DNA of 64,000 nt from Bdellovibrionia bacterium (GTDB lineage Bacteria; Bdellovibrionota; Bdellovibrionia; Bdellovibrionales; JAUICD01), in contig JAUICD010000010.1 in the NCBI GenBank assembly GCA_030427965.1, positions 16,854-80,853 on the forward strand, written 5' to 3'. Shown one piece after another: positions 29,818 through 39,009 of this stretch. The position numbers and the translations under genes are program-made. Position 1 is the first letter of the stretch. Every line of letters starts with the position of its first letter. The notes under the pieces are model-generated. The model made no database searches and had not been told where the DNA came from. It saw only the letters and a list, made by a program, of their open reading frames with translations.

Positions 29818-31338
29818 ATGGAGACTTGGTACATCAATAAAAATGGACGTCCAATGGGGCCATTTTCTCATGAAGAACTTGAGAGAAAGATTCGAAATCA
29901 AGAAATCTCTAGAGAAACTCAAATTCATCGTTTAGGTGAATCTAAGTGGATGCCAATATCAAGTTTTGAAATATTTGAATCTATTCTTAAAGAAAAGGTT
30001 TCCTCGCGAATTCCCCATCCAGAGGACGATCCTATTTGGGTAGTGCTTGTGGAGGGGGAGGATGGGGCTTACAGGCAAGTCGGCCCTCTCTCACGTGATG
30101 ACATCTATGAAAAGGTTCACAAAGGAGAGATTCAATTTTCGGACCATGTTTGGAAAAAGGGTTTTTCTGAGTGGAAGAAATTGACGGATCTAGAGGAGCT
30201 TTTTCCTCATACAGACGAAGAAAAAAAAGAAAAATTGAATTTGAATGAGGATGAAGAGCCAATTCTGGAATCTGTTATGACATTTTCTCCAAAAGAAATT
30301 TCATTTGAAGAAACAGTTGGAGTGGATGAGGAAAACTTGGCAAGTGAATTTGGAAGGCCTGTTGAGTGGGAAGTTGTTGAAAGGGATTTGGAAATTGAAG
30401 AGCCTAAACTGGAATCAAAAGAAATAGATTTTGATTTAGATGAATCTTCAAAAGATAAAAAAGAGTCTATTTTAGAAGAGAGCTCTATATCCCAAGAGAA
30501 CTTTCCAAAACCCTCTTCTCGTGTTCAATCTCAGTTTTTACAAAATTTGATTGTAGGAGCTGGAGTTATCATAATATTTGTAGCAACTCTTGCTTGGTTA
30601 TTTGGTGATAAATCAGAAGAGCAAAAAGTGAGTCAGGTGGTTCAAAAGGAGATATCTCTCACCCACAGTCATAGTGGCAAAGAATTGGACTTCTTTGCTC
30701 CTCGTCACCCCATGCAGAATTTGAATATTCGAGTCGAATCCGTAAAAGGAAAGGTTCTCTCCAAAAATTCGTTTGAAAAGGTCATTCGCATTGAATTAGA
30801 TAAAAAAGGGAGAACGAAGGTTCGTCTAGATCAGTGGGCGCCTCAGGATGGATATTATAAAGTTCGAGCTCGTGTTGGAAAGGCGAGTCTTGAAAGACAA
30901 ATTTTTATTGGTCCCAGCAAGAAGAATTTTGAAGTCAGGCTAAGTGAGTTTAAATCTGAAATGGCAAGTCCTGTTGTTGTTCCAGCGCCTCCTCAAAATA
31001 AGATCAAAGTCCCAAAGGAACTGCAGGTGACTTATCAACTCGCAAGAGAGTTGGAAAAGGGCTTTTCTAATTCAAAGAGCAACCCTATGGCTTGGCGAGG
31101 TTTTTATCAGGGGTGGTTGAAGAGATACTATGGGGAGGGGCAGAACCCACTTGCTTTGAAAAATACCGAGTTGGAATCGACTGGAATTACAAAAAAACAT
31201 CATTCCTTGATTGAACAACTTGAAGTGGTATCTGGCCGTATGGATCAGCAGATTCGATTTAAAGGAAGTCAAATTCGCAATATTCAGCTTTCTATATCGG
31301 CAAATAAATTGATTGAAGAATATAAGAGTCTTTACTGA
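29818..31338 (+). CDS. Tandem GYF_2 (DUF4339) domain membrane protein
   Basis: Two W..GP(F/L)S..........I......W..G...W repeats, acidic linker, single TM, periplasmic C-terminus. Confidence 0.8.
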   Translation: METWYINKNGRPMGPFSHEELERKIRNQEISRETQIHRLGESKWMPISSFEIFESILKEKVSSRIPHPEDDPIWVVLVEGEDGAYRQVGPLSRDDIYEKVHKGEIQFSDHVWKKGFSEWKKLTDLEELFPHTDEEKKEKLNLNEDEEPILESVMTFSPKEISFEETVGVDEENLASEFGRPVEWEVVERDLEIEEPKLESKEIDFDLDESSKDKKESILEESSISQENFPKPSSRVQSQFLQNLIVGAGVIIIFVATLAWLFGDKSEEQKVSQVVQKEISLTHSHSGKELDFFAPRHPMQNLNIRVESVKGKVLSKNSFEKVIRIELDKKGRTKVRLDQWAPQDGYYKVRARVGKASLERQIFIGPSKKNFEVRLSEFKSEMASPVVVPAPPQNKIKVPKELQVTYQLARELEKGFSNSKSNPMAWRGFYQGWLKRYYGEGQNPLALKNTELESTGITKKHHSLIEQLEVVSGRMDQQIRFKGSQIRNIQLSISANKLIEEYKSLY

Positions 31339-31607
31339 CTGACGCGATCTCGGAAGTCTTTTCCGGGGCGAAATTTTGGAACTTTCGTGGCTGGAATTTT
31401 GACGGAGTTTCCATTTTGAGGGTTTCGGCCCACTCGTTCTTTTCTTTTGGTTCTTGAAAATGTGCCAAATCCGACAAGCTTAACTTCATCACCTTTTGAA
31501 ACTGTTTTCTCAATGACATCGACTATTGCATCAAGGGCTGCCTCAACCTGCGCTTGACTCAATTTGCTCAATTGCGCGGATTTCTTTACGAGTTCAGCTT
31601 TATTCAT
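31332..31607 (-). CDS. hup: DNA-binding protein HU
   Basis: MNKAELV, LVGFGTF, GRNPQNG, PKFRPGK. Confidence 0.95.
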   Translation of the reverse strand: MNKAELVKKSAQLSKLSQAQVEAALDAIVDVIEKTVSKGDEVKLVGFGTFSRTKRKERVGRNPQNGNSVKIPATKVPKFRPGKDFRDRVSQ

Positions 31608-31645
31608 ATGGCCCCTCTTAACTGCCCGGAAAAGGGCATGGGGGC

Positions 31646-31674
31646 AAGCTAGTCGAGTGGTTCGATCTGGTCAA
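31646..31674 (-). promoter_or_regulatory. Sigma-70-type promoter for hup
   Basis: TTGACC-N17-TAGCTT; a 5'UTR hairpin TGCCC-N6-GGGCA follows. Confidence 0.55.
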
Positions 31675-31752
31675 GCATATGACATTGGGTATTGATGTTT
31701 TTCCAATCGAATTGTTTCCAAATTTTGAAAAAACTTGCTAGATTGGCGGGAG

Positions 31753-33444
31753 ATGTTGACCTCAATAAAAAATCACCTGGCACAGCACCTTCTAGGTTCG
31801 ATTCCTCTATCAGAGAACGAAATATTTTCTATGCTAGAAATGCCCAAAGACCTGTCTCACGGCCATCTTGCATTTCCTACATTTCGTTTGGCCAAGGAAT
31901 TGAAGAAAAGTCCTCCAGCTATTGCCGAAGAGCTGTCGAAGAAAATTTCATGTGGAGATTTTTTAGGGTCAGTTAATTCTGTCGGAGGATTTCTAAATTT
32001 TAAGTTCAAAAGCAAGTTTATTCAAAATGAAATCATTGAATCTATAATTTTAAAAAAAGAGATTGGGCATACCAACACTGGAAATGGCAGAAAGGTGGTT
32101 GTGGATTACTCTTCGCCCAATGTAGCAAAGCCTCTTGGCATTGGTCATTTGAGGGCGACAGTGATCGGACAAGCAATATGCAACTTAGCACGTACGCAAG
32201 GCTATGAGGTTTTGGGGTTGAATTACATAGGGGATTGGGGAGTTCAGTTTGGAAAACTTGCTTGGGCTTATACCAACTGGAAAGAAGAGTATGACTTTGA
32301 AAATGCACCCTTTGAATCCCTATATGAGATGTATGTGCGCTTTCACTCTGAGGCAGAAAACGATCCTGAGATGAATGAAAACGGTGCGGAGTTCTTTAGA
32401 CGCTTAGAAAGCGGTGACGCGGAGGTTGAAAAACTTTGGAAGTCATTTATTGAAATCACAATGGAAGAGCATCAAAAACTCTATGCTTTATTAGGAATTG
32501 AGTTTGATTTGGTCCAAGGTGAATCGTTTTACAATGATAAGATGGAAGCTGCAGTTCAGAGACTTAAAGAGAAGCAACTGCTTGTGGAGAGTGAGGGGGC
32601 TCAAGTTGTTTATATCAATGAAAAGGACCCTCCTTGTTTGATTAAGAAATCTGATGGCTCTTCTCTTTATGCAACTCGAGACATTGCCAGTGCAATTTAT
32701 CGACATGAAGAGATGAAGGGTGAGGATTTACTCTATGTTGTAGGCGCTGATCAAAGTTTACACTTCAAGCAGGTCTTTGGTGTCTTAGAAAAACTGGGGT
32801 ATGAGTGGGCAAAAAATTGCCAACACATTGCTTTTGGTTTGTATCGTTTCAAAGATGGAAAAATGTCCACACGCAAAGGCAATTTAATATTTATGAAAGA
32901 TGTGATTCATAAGTCTATTGAAATTGCAGGAAATATTATCCAGCAAAAGAACCCCAATTTAGAAAACAAGAGTTTGGTTGCATCTCAAGTCGGAGTGGGA
33001 GCAATTGTTTTCAATGATTTGGTGAATGATCGTGTAAAGAATGTGGAATTTGATTGGGAAAGAGCTTTGGACTTTGAGGGGGATAGTGGTCCCTACGTTC
33101 AATACTGTGTTGTGCGCTGTAAAAGCTTGATCCGAAAATATGGAAAGACTATTGAAAAAGAGTTTCAGGTGGATTTGGACTCCCCAGAGGAACAGAGCCT
33201 TCAGATTCATTTGTTGCATTTTGAAGATATTCTAGGACAGTCTTGGAAGCATAGAAAACCCAATCTCTTAGCTCAGTATCTTTTAAAGGTTTGTTCTGAG
33301 TTCAATCACTTTTACAATAAGCAAAGAATTATAGGCTCCAAGCCTGAAGTCGAGGCTTCGCGTATGACTCTTGTCCATAGTGTACAACGAGTCCTAGAAA
33401 AAGGCCTTGAAGTCCTAGGAATTCCTGCCCCAGATCAAATGTAA
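31753..33444 (+). CDS. argS: Arginine--tRNA ligase
   Basis: SSPNVAKPLGIGHLR, GDWGVQFG, KSDGSSLYATRD, KMSTRKG, GPYVQY. Confidence 0.97.
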   Translation: MLTSIKNHLAQHLLGSIPLSENEIFSMLEMPKDLSHGHLAFPTFRLAKELKKSPPAIAEELSKKISCGDFLGSVNSVGGFLNFKFKSKFIQNEIIESIILKKEIGHTNTGNGRKVVVDYSSPNVAKPLGIGHLRATVIGQAICNLARTQGYEVLGLNYIGDWGVQFGKLAWAYTNWKEEYDFENAPFESLYEMYVRFHSEAENDPEMNENGAEFFRRLESGDAEVEKLWKSFIEITMEEHQKLYALLGIEFDLVQGESFYNDKMEAAVQRLKEKQLLVESEGAQVVYINEKDPPCLIKKSDGSSLYATRDIASAIYRHEEMKGEDLLYVVGADQSLHFKQVFGVLEKLGYEWAKNCQHIAFGLYRFKDGKMSTRKGNLIFMKDVIHKSIEIAGNIIQQKNPNLENKSLVASQVGVGAIVFNDLVNDRVKNVEFDWERALDFEGDSGPYVQYCVVRCKSLIRKYGKTIEKEFQVDLDSPEEQSLQIHLLHFEDILGQSWKHRKPNLLAQYLLKVCSEFNHFYNKQRIIGSKPEVEASRMTLVHSVQRVLEKGLEVLGIPAPDQM

Positions 33445-33478
33445 TTTCAAAATTTATGTGAAAAGGCCCCTAACTCCT

Positions 33479-33505
33479 TTAATACCCTTTGGAATTCACC
33501 GATAG
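33479..33505 (+). promoter_or_regulatory. Sigma-28-like promoter
   Basis: TTAA-N15-ACCGATAG. Confidence 0.45.
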
Positions 33506-33513
33506 AGTATTTG

Positions 33514-34188
33514 ATGAGTCATCGATTGTATATACATACACAGCTCTTGATTTATGTCGCTCTTATGGGGGGCTTCTTCTTCTTTCAGAATCATTTTAGT
33601 GGGATTGATGGTTTAAAAGAAGAGTTGAAATCCGTAAAGAACAATTTGAGATCAGAAAGAGTCAAAGTTGCAATTGCTGAATATCAATTGGAAGATTATC
33701 GACAAACTGTTGCGACATACATTCCAAAGGCAGTCAAAGCTCACTCAGACTATGGATTAAGAAGTCTTGCCAGCATATCCCAATTGAATGACTCAGGGTT
33801 GAAGATTTCTGATCCAACTAAAATTGTTGAAAATGGACAAAAGCTTTGTGCAGAAGAAAGATTTGCTCGAGGACAAGTGCATCTGAAAGATTACATTGAA
33901 AATTTCCCAATGGGAAAGAAAGTGATTGAAGCCCATTTTCTTTTACACAAATGTTACATGGATGCTGGGGATATTGCAGATGGAATCAGTGTGACTGAGC
34001 TTATGGCCAAAAGATATCCTGAAAGCGAACTCACAGCACTTGCTTTGATAAACAGTGGGGATGTCTATATCGCTCGAGATCGGTATGTTGATGCAAAATT
34101 TATGTTCCAATTGGTTCGTAAAAATTTTAAAGCATTCCCTCAAGTGCAGAAAGCGTTGAATCAAAGGCGAGACAAATGGGATTATTGA
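33514..34188 (+). CDS. Membrane-anchored coiled-coil/TPR protein (CpoB/YbgF-like TPRs)
   Basis: N-terminal TM; TPR-like YIENFP...AHF and KRYPESE..ALA repeats. Confidence 0.7.
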   Translation: MSHRLYIHTQLLIYVALMGGFFFFQNHFSGIDGLKEELKSVKNNLRSERVKVAIAEYQLEDYRQTVATYIPKAVKAHSDYGLRSLASISQLNDSGLKISDPTKIVENGQKLCAEERFARGQVHLKDYIENFPMGKKVIEAHFLLHKCYMDAGDIADGISVTELMAKRYPESELTALALINSGDVYIARDRYVDAKFMFQLVRKNFKAFPQVQKALNQRRDKWDY

Positions 34189-34916
34189 AATATGTGTTTC
34201 AATTCTTTCTATTTCTACTGGCATTGACTTTAGAAGTGCGTGTCAAAGCAGACATCAATCAATGGCCTGCAGATTGTAATTCAGGAGCACTTTGTGGCTT
34301 TGAAGCAACAGGTGTTCTTGAGAGAAAAGATTTTGATTCAACAACAGTGCTTTTTTCAGAATCTTCCGTTCTTGTGACTCGTGATCCAGGGCATTTGAGT
34401 TTTGTAAAAGGAGTCTTTTGGTTAAATGTAAAAAAGAAGTTGAAGTTTGAGTCCACGCTTGCTCGTGGGGTTCTTGCTCCTGGAATTTATAAGTTCCGTG
34501 TTACCAAAGAAAGAATAAACTACTCTGTAGCTCAAGGGGATATGGTGATTTGGGGTAAGGGGCATGAGAAACCACTACGTGTGCGATCTGGATTTAGCAA
34601 TCATGTTTCTCAAGTAGATAAAAGTGGGAAGGCTGTGTTTGGTGTTTTGGAGCCAGCTCCTTGGAGTGAGTTAAGGTTACTGGTGGCGATGTTTCATAAA
34701 TCTGATAAAATGTCTTTTCGTGAGGAAATTGCGAAAATATATGAACTCTGGAAAGTTGCTGTTGAGTTGAGTTCAAAGGTTCAAAAAGAAGTGGCCGACT
34801 ATGAGCTTCATAAGCACTATAAGGCGGAGCAGGCAGCTCTTCAAAAGAAGAAGGCCTGGAAGAGGGAGCGTGTTTGGCTCAAGAACCAATATTGGAATAA
34901 GGTTTTTGAGCAGTAG
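34176..34916 (+). CDS. Hypothetical secreted protein (beta-rich, weakly FecR-like)
   Basis: Signal peptide; CxxxxxC; LSFVKG/YSVAQG strands. Confidence 0.65.
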   Translation: MGLLKYVFQFFLFLLALTLEVRVKADINQWPADCNSGALCGFEATGVLERKDFDSTTVLFSESSVLVTRDPGHLSFVKGVFWLNVKKKLKFESTLARGVLAPGIYKFRVTKERINYSVAQGDMVIWGKGHEKPLRVRSGFSNHVSQVDKSGKAVFGVLEPAPWSELRLLVAMFHKSDKMSFREEIAKIYELWKVAVELSSKVQKEVADYELHKHYKAEQAALQKKKAWKRERVWLKNQYWNKVFEQ

Positions 34917-35113
34917 TACGATCGTTCCTTTTTGGTCTAAATTCAGCCATTTATAGAACCTAAGAGTCCTATCTATGTCAAATCTATGCGTCTAAAAAAA
35001 TGATATCTCTTGCCAATTTTGGTCCTTTTTTACGAATTTCCACACTTAAAATAGGGTGAATTTTCATCATCTTCATCAGAGAGTGTTTATTTTTCTTAAT
35101 TATGGAACTTTCC

Positions 35114-35129
35114 TGGCATACGGCCTGCA
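35114..35129 (+). promoter_or_regulatory. Sigma-54 (-24/-12) promoter
   Basis: TGGCATACGGCCTGCA, GG-N10-GC. Confidence 0.6.
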
Positions 35130-35182
35130 GATATGGAGTGTAGGTACAGGTGAGGATTCCCATGGTTGAGAGTGTACAGTAC

Positions 35183-36439
35183 ATGAAATCAAGTGTTTTT
35201 AGGCTTTTACGTCTAGAGTGCTTTTTTCTTATCTGCACACTTTGTTTGCTTCCGCTAGAGGTCTTTTCGCAGGTTGTTCTTCCTCAAGGGATCTGGCACC
35301 CGCGTTTGATGTTTGGAACGGTTTCCGAAGTTTCAAGTGAGTTTAGTGATGAGGGTAAACTAAATAACATCGGTCGATACAATCAAACATTTGATTCAGA
35401 TTTTTTGAAAAACCAAATCCCTGAATTTGGAGTTCTCTGTGATCTTCTAAACGAATATTCGGGAAGTTATGAACTCTGTGACGAAATCAATCTTGGTTCA
35501 CTGAAGTTTTCAGGAAGCCCAACGATAAGCTATATAGCGCCAGTGATTGCATATGGAGTTTCAAGTAAAGTTACAATTGGTGTTGCCGTTCCAGTTGTTT
35601 CGATGACTGGAAATGTCAGTGTGGAGCAAGTGGGAAGCAATAATGCCAACGCTGTTCGAGCTCAAATTGCGGGTAGTTCTGTGCAAGCTCAATTTGATGA
35701 AGCCTTTGATAAAATGTCCAATGCAGATCTCGTTGCGGAATTCAATAAGGCTCTTGATGAGAGAGGCTATGAACCAATCGGTGAGCGAAACTTCTCTGTG
35801 CTTGGAGATATTCAACTTCTGACATTTTATGAATACTATCAGACGACTTATTGGAATAATTATCTTCAACTGATGTTCAATCTGCCGACTGGCCCACAGG
35901 ATGATCCAGATGACTTGATGGATTTCCCAAACTTTCACCAAACAGGGTTTCGTTTAAAAAATCATCATGATGTTCGGCCTTACAGAAGATGGACTTTGGG
36001 GTTTGCTTACTCATATTTCTGGAAAATCCAAGATACGACTGTTAAAAGAGTTCCTGAAAACGAAGATGATATTTTGCCAGATGAAGATCGGAAGGAGTCT
36101 GTCACAAGAGATCTTGGCGATATTGTGACACTAGATATCTACACAAAGTATGGGCTTACCGATTTTATCTATGTCAATGCTGGGATTGAAATGGCTCATA
36201 AAGCAAAAGATGAATACTCTGGTTCCAATCCTGATTGGGATTATGATTTGTTGGAAAGAGACACAGAAGCCAATTGGATTGGTGGTAAAGTTGGTCTTAC
36301 ATTTACAACAGTGGATTGGTACAAGTCTGGGCGATTTAAAATGCCGTTTATGATTTCGTATAATTATTCAGATATTTTAGATGGGAAGAATGTTCCAAAA
36401 CAGGTGAAACACGAAGGGAGCTTGCTCCTTTTCTTTTGA
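35183..36439 (+). CDS. Putative outer-membrane beta-barrel protein
   Basis: Signal peptide; alternating aromatic strands; LGDI...LPTG motif as in MetA/phenol-degradation-type barrels; C-terminal Phe; start could be 35150. Confidence 0.7.
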   Translation: MKSSVFRLLRLECFFLICTLCLLPLEVFSQVVLPQGIWHPRLMFGTVSEVSSEFSDEGKLNNIGRYNQTFDSDFLKNQIPEFGVLCDLLNEYSGSYELCDEINLGSLKFSGSPTISYIAPVIAYGVSSKVTIGVAVPVVSMTGNVSVEQVGSNNANAVRAQIAGSSVQAQFDEAFDKMSNADLVAEFNKALDERGYEPIGERNFSVLGDIQLLTFYEYYQTTYWNNYLQLMFNLPTGPQDDPDDLMDFPNFHQTGFRLKNHHDVRPYRRWTLGFAYSYFWKIQDTTVKRVPENEDDILPDEDRKESVTRDLGDIVTLDIYTKYGLTDFIYVNAGIEMAHKAKDEYSGSNPDWDYDLLERDTEANWIGGKVGLTFTTVDWYKSGRFKMPFMISYNYSDILDGKNVPKQVKHEGSLLLFF

Positions 36440-36456
36440 GAGAGCAGAAAGTAGAT

Positions 36457-38916
36457 ATGAAACATATATTTGTAGCCTCAGTCTTAATGTTTAGCCTTGT
36501 AGCTTGTCAGAGCCAAAAGGGAGAGGATCGCTCTACACGTAATGGAAAGACGAAGTTTGCTCCAAGGACAAGTGATACTCTGCTTTCTCCTGAGAAAGTA
36601 AAACGTGCTCGATTTTTTGATATTGAAAATGTTCTTTTTTCATCTACGAAAAATGAAAAAACCTTTTCACTTGCAGAGAACACTTGGGAAATCATGCGTC
36701 TTGCAGAGACAGCAATGATTCTTTCTGAAAGAGATTATTTTAAATTAAAAGAAGTGAAGACTTACCCGAAACACGTACGAGATGAGTTGGGAAGCTTTGG
36801 TCATAAGGTTCTTCAAAGTTTTTATTCAAAACCCGTGCATTATTCAAAGCTTTCACCAGTTAAAACGCCATTTGCTCAAGTTTTACTAGCTCAAATGGAG
36901 ACAGAGCTAATGGAAGAAATGGGTGGAGCAATGGATCGAGCCATCGCCTATATCCAAAAAGTGATGTCTCACTCAGGTATTCAAAAATTTCAAACAATTG
37001 ATGAAATTGAGGAATTCAACCCTGATTTGTATGTGGATGAGATTATTCAATATCTTGAGAGAGTGTCTCACTTCATTTCAGAGGATTCTTCTTCTGTGAA
37101 GAAAGCGCCTGCAATCAGTCCAACTCTAGTGCAGGCCATTCGCGATACAATTGATGATGTGTATATTCCTCAAGTTCGCAAATTGAAGTCAGATCTTCAA
37201 GCCTTGAAAATCAAAGACCGCTCAGGAAAAGAGTATATCGCTATTATCCGAAAGGCCTTTGAAAATTTCGAAATGATTCGAGGAAGTGAGGCCTATTCCG
37301 AGTTGATGGCCTTGTTAGATAGGGGAGAGGCAAGTCTGGGTAAATGGGGTTGGACATACGGTGCAGATCAAAAGCCGCTGATTCAATTTGCAAATGCATT
37401 TAATGAGAAATTGTCTAAAGTCCCAACGATTACTACAAACAAATTGGTCAATATTTTGAAATTGAAGAAACAACGAGACAACTTTAGGAAAGAAGTCCAT
37501 CAGTTGGCTGAGAACGAGTTGCGTGAGCGAGTCTACAGAGAAAAGGAGTATATCCCTGGAGTGGCCCGTGGAGATGTATTGCTTCAGCTTAAGGGTGGAA
37601 AACCTGAGTTTAAGCGAAGCATGAATCACTGGTTTGCCAATTTGGATCAGCGAATTGGTATTCCAACTGGAGCTCGTACATTGGGTGCTACAATTGGTGC
37701 AAATTTCTATCGTTTAAAAAATATTGATAAATATGAAGATGTGGAAAAAATAAGTATTGAGTATGATCAAATAGTGTTTGGGCATCTGAATGTGATGCTA
37801 CGAGCTGCAGGTCACTATGTTGAAGATCAAAAAAGTATGGATTCCTATTTTAGGCCTATTGATATGCAAAGATCTCAAGGATTCAATGTGTATGAATACA
37901 AAGACCAGGAGGGTGTCTACTCTATTCCGGATCAAGTTATTGTAAAGAAGGATTCGGTGGATTTGAACTTGAAGCGTACACTAGAGGTCAGTGATTTCAA
38001 TGTGAGCGTTGAGGGACAGGCTGAGTTGATTCGCGGTCTTGCTCGAGCATTGAAGTATTTTCGTCCTGATATTCGAAATGATTTTGATAAAACTATGGCT
38101 ATCAATGTTTATGAGAAAACCAAAATTCTTCTTTTTCCAAAAGATAAATTTTTTGATCTCCACATTGGAGTTCTGGCAGCGCCTTTGTTGAATTTGCAGA
38201 GAATGGGGACTTCCATCTTTGATAAGAAATGGAATATTTTTGATATTGAAGAACTCAATAAAAAAGATCGTGCGGTTTTGGTAGCACTTCATGATATTGA
38301 ACCTGAAAAGAAAAACTATATTTCGACAACTCAAGGTATATCTCGGATGATTCGTGCCGTTTCTGAGTTTTTGAATGCGATTCAAGGGTTGATGCCAAAT
38401 CATTCGGCAGCTTTTCAAGAAAATCCAAATACAGAAGACAACCCGAATTATGAAAGCTTAAAGGATGCAGAAAATACTTTGAAGAAATTGAATTTAGGAC
38501 TTGGCTTTCTTCTGACTTCTCGCCTTCAAAGAGAAAATGGAGGGTTTATAAGAAGTGTGGATATAAAATCAAATGAAACTAAAAGTTCAACTCTTTATTT
38601 AGATGATCAAGTCAGTGCAATTCGAAGTTTGCTTTTGGTTCATGATCTTTGGGGTGGAGAATTAACAAGATTTGCAGCTATTGATGCCTATCACACAATG
38701 AACAAAGAGCTCTTTGATGAGGCCTCGGGGTTTTATAAGAGAAACACAAAAACAGGAGGGGCTCCAGGTCTTCAGCTCGTGCTTGAGACTCTGTTGATGC
38801 TTCAAGAGATTGAGCCTTATTTGCCCGCCGAAGATCTGGCTCAGGTCGGGTTCTTAAGAGAGGCATGGGCAGAGCGTTTACTTGCTCATATGAGACCATT
38901 GTCTGAATCGTTCTAG
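36457..38916 (+). CDS. Large lipoprotein of unknown function, with a C-terminal alpha/alpha-toroid-like segment
   Basis: Lipobox LVAC; YLDDQ...L......A...Y..M...LFDEASGFY resembles YyaL/SSP411 hairpins. Confidence 0.7.
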   Translation: MKHIFVASVLMFSLVACQSQKGEDRSTRNGKTKFAPRTSDTLLSPEKVKRARFFDIENVLFSSTKNEKTFSLAENTWEIMRLAETAMILSERDYFKLKEVKTYPKHVRDELGSFGHKVLQSFYSKPVHYSKLSPVKTPFAQVLLAQMETELMEEMGGAMDRAIAYIQKVMSHSGIQKFQTIDEIEEFNPDLYVDEIIQYLERVSHFISEDSSSVKKAPAISPTLVQAIRDTIDDVYIPQVRKLKSDLQALKIKDRSGKEYIAIIRKAFENFEMIRGSEAYSELMALLDRGEASLGKWGWTYGADQKPLIQFANAFNEKLSKVPTITTNKLVNILKLKKQRDNFRKEVHQLAENELRERVYREKEYIPGVARGDVLLQLKGGKPEFKRSMNHWFANLDQRIGIPTGARTLGATIGANFYRLKNIDKYEDVEKISIEYDQIVFGHLNVMLRAAGHYVEDQKSMDSYFRPIDMQRSQGFNVYEYKDQEGVYSIPDQVIVKKDSVDLNLKRTLEVSDFNVSVEGQAELIRGLARALKYFRPDIRNDFDKTMAINVYEKTKILLFPKDKFFDLHIGVLAAPLLNLQRMGTSIFDKKWNIFDIEELNKKDRAVLVALHDIEPEKKNYISTTQGISRMIRAVSEFLNAIQGLMPNHSAAFQENPNTEDNPNYESLKDAENTLKKLNLGLGFLLTSRLQRENGGFIRSVDIKSNETKSSTLYLDDQVSAIRSLLLVHDLWGGELTRFAAIDAYHTMNKELFDEASGFYKRNTKTGGAPGLQLVLETLLMLQEIEPYLPAEDLAQVGFLREAWAERLLAHMRPLSESF

Positions 38917-39009
38917 CCCAAAGAATGAACTTCTATAGCTAGGACTCGAGACATACCCTAGACATGGTAGACTGATCTTACGCAACTTTTTCTCAGGAGG
39001 AGGATCAGT

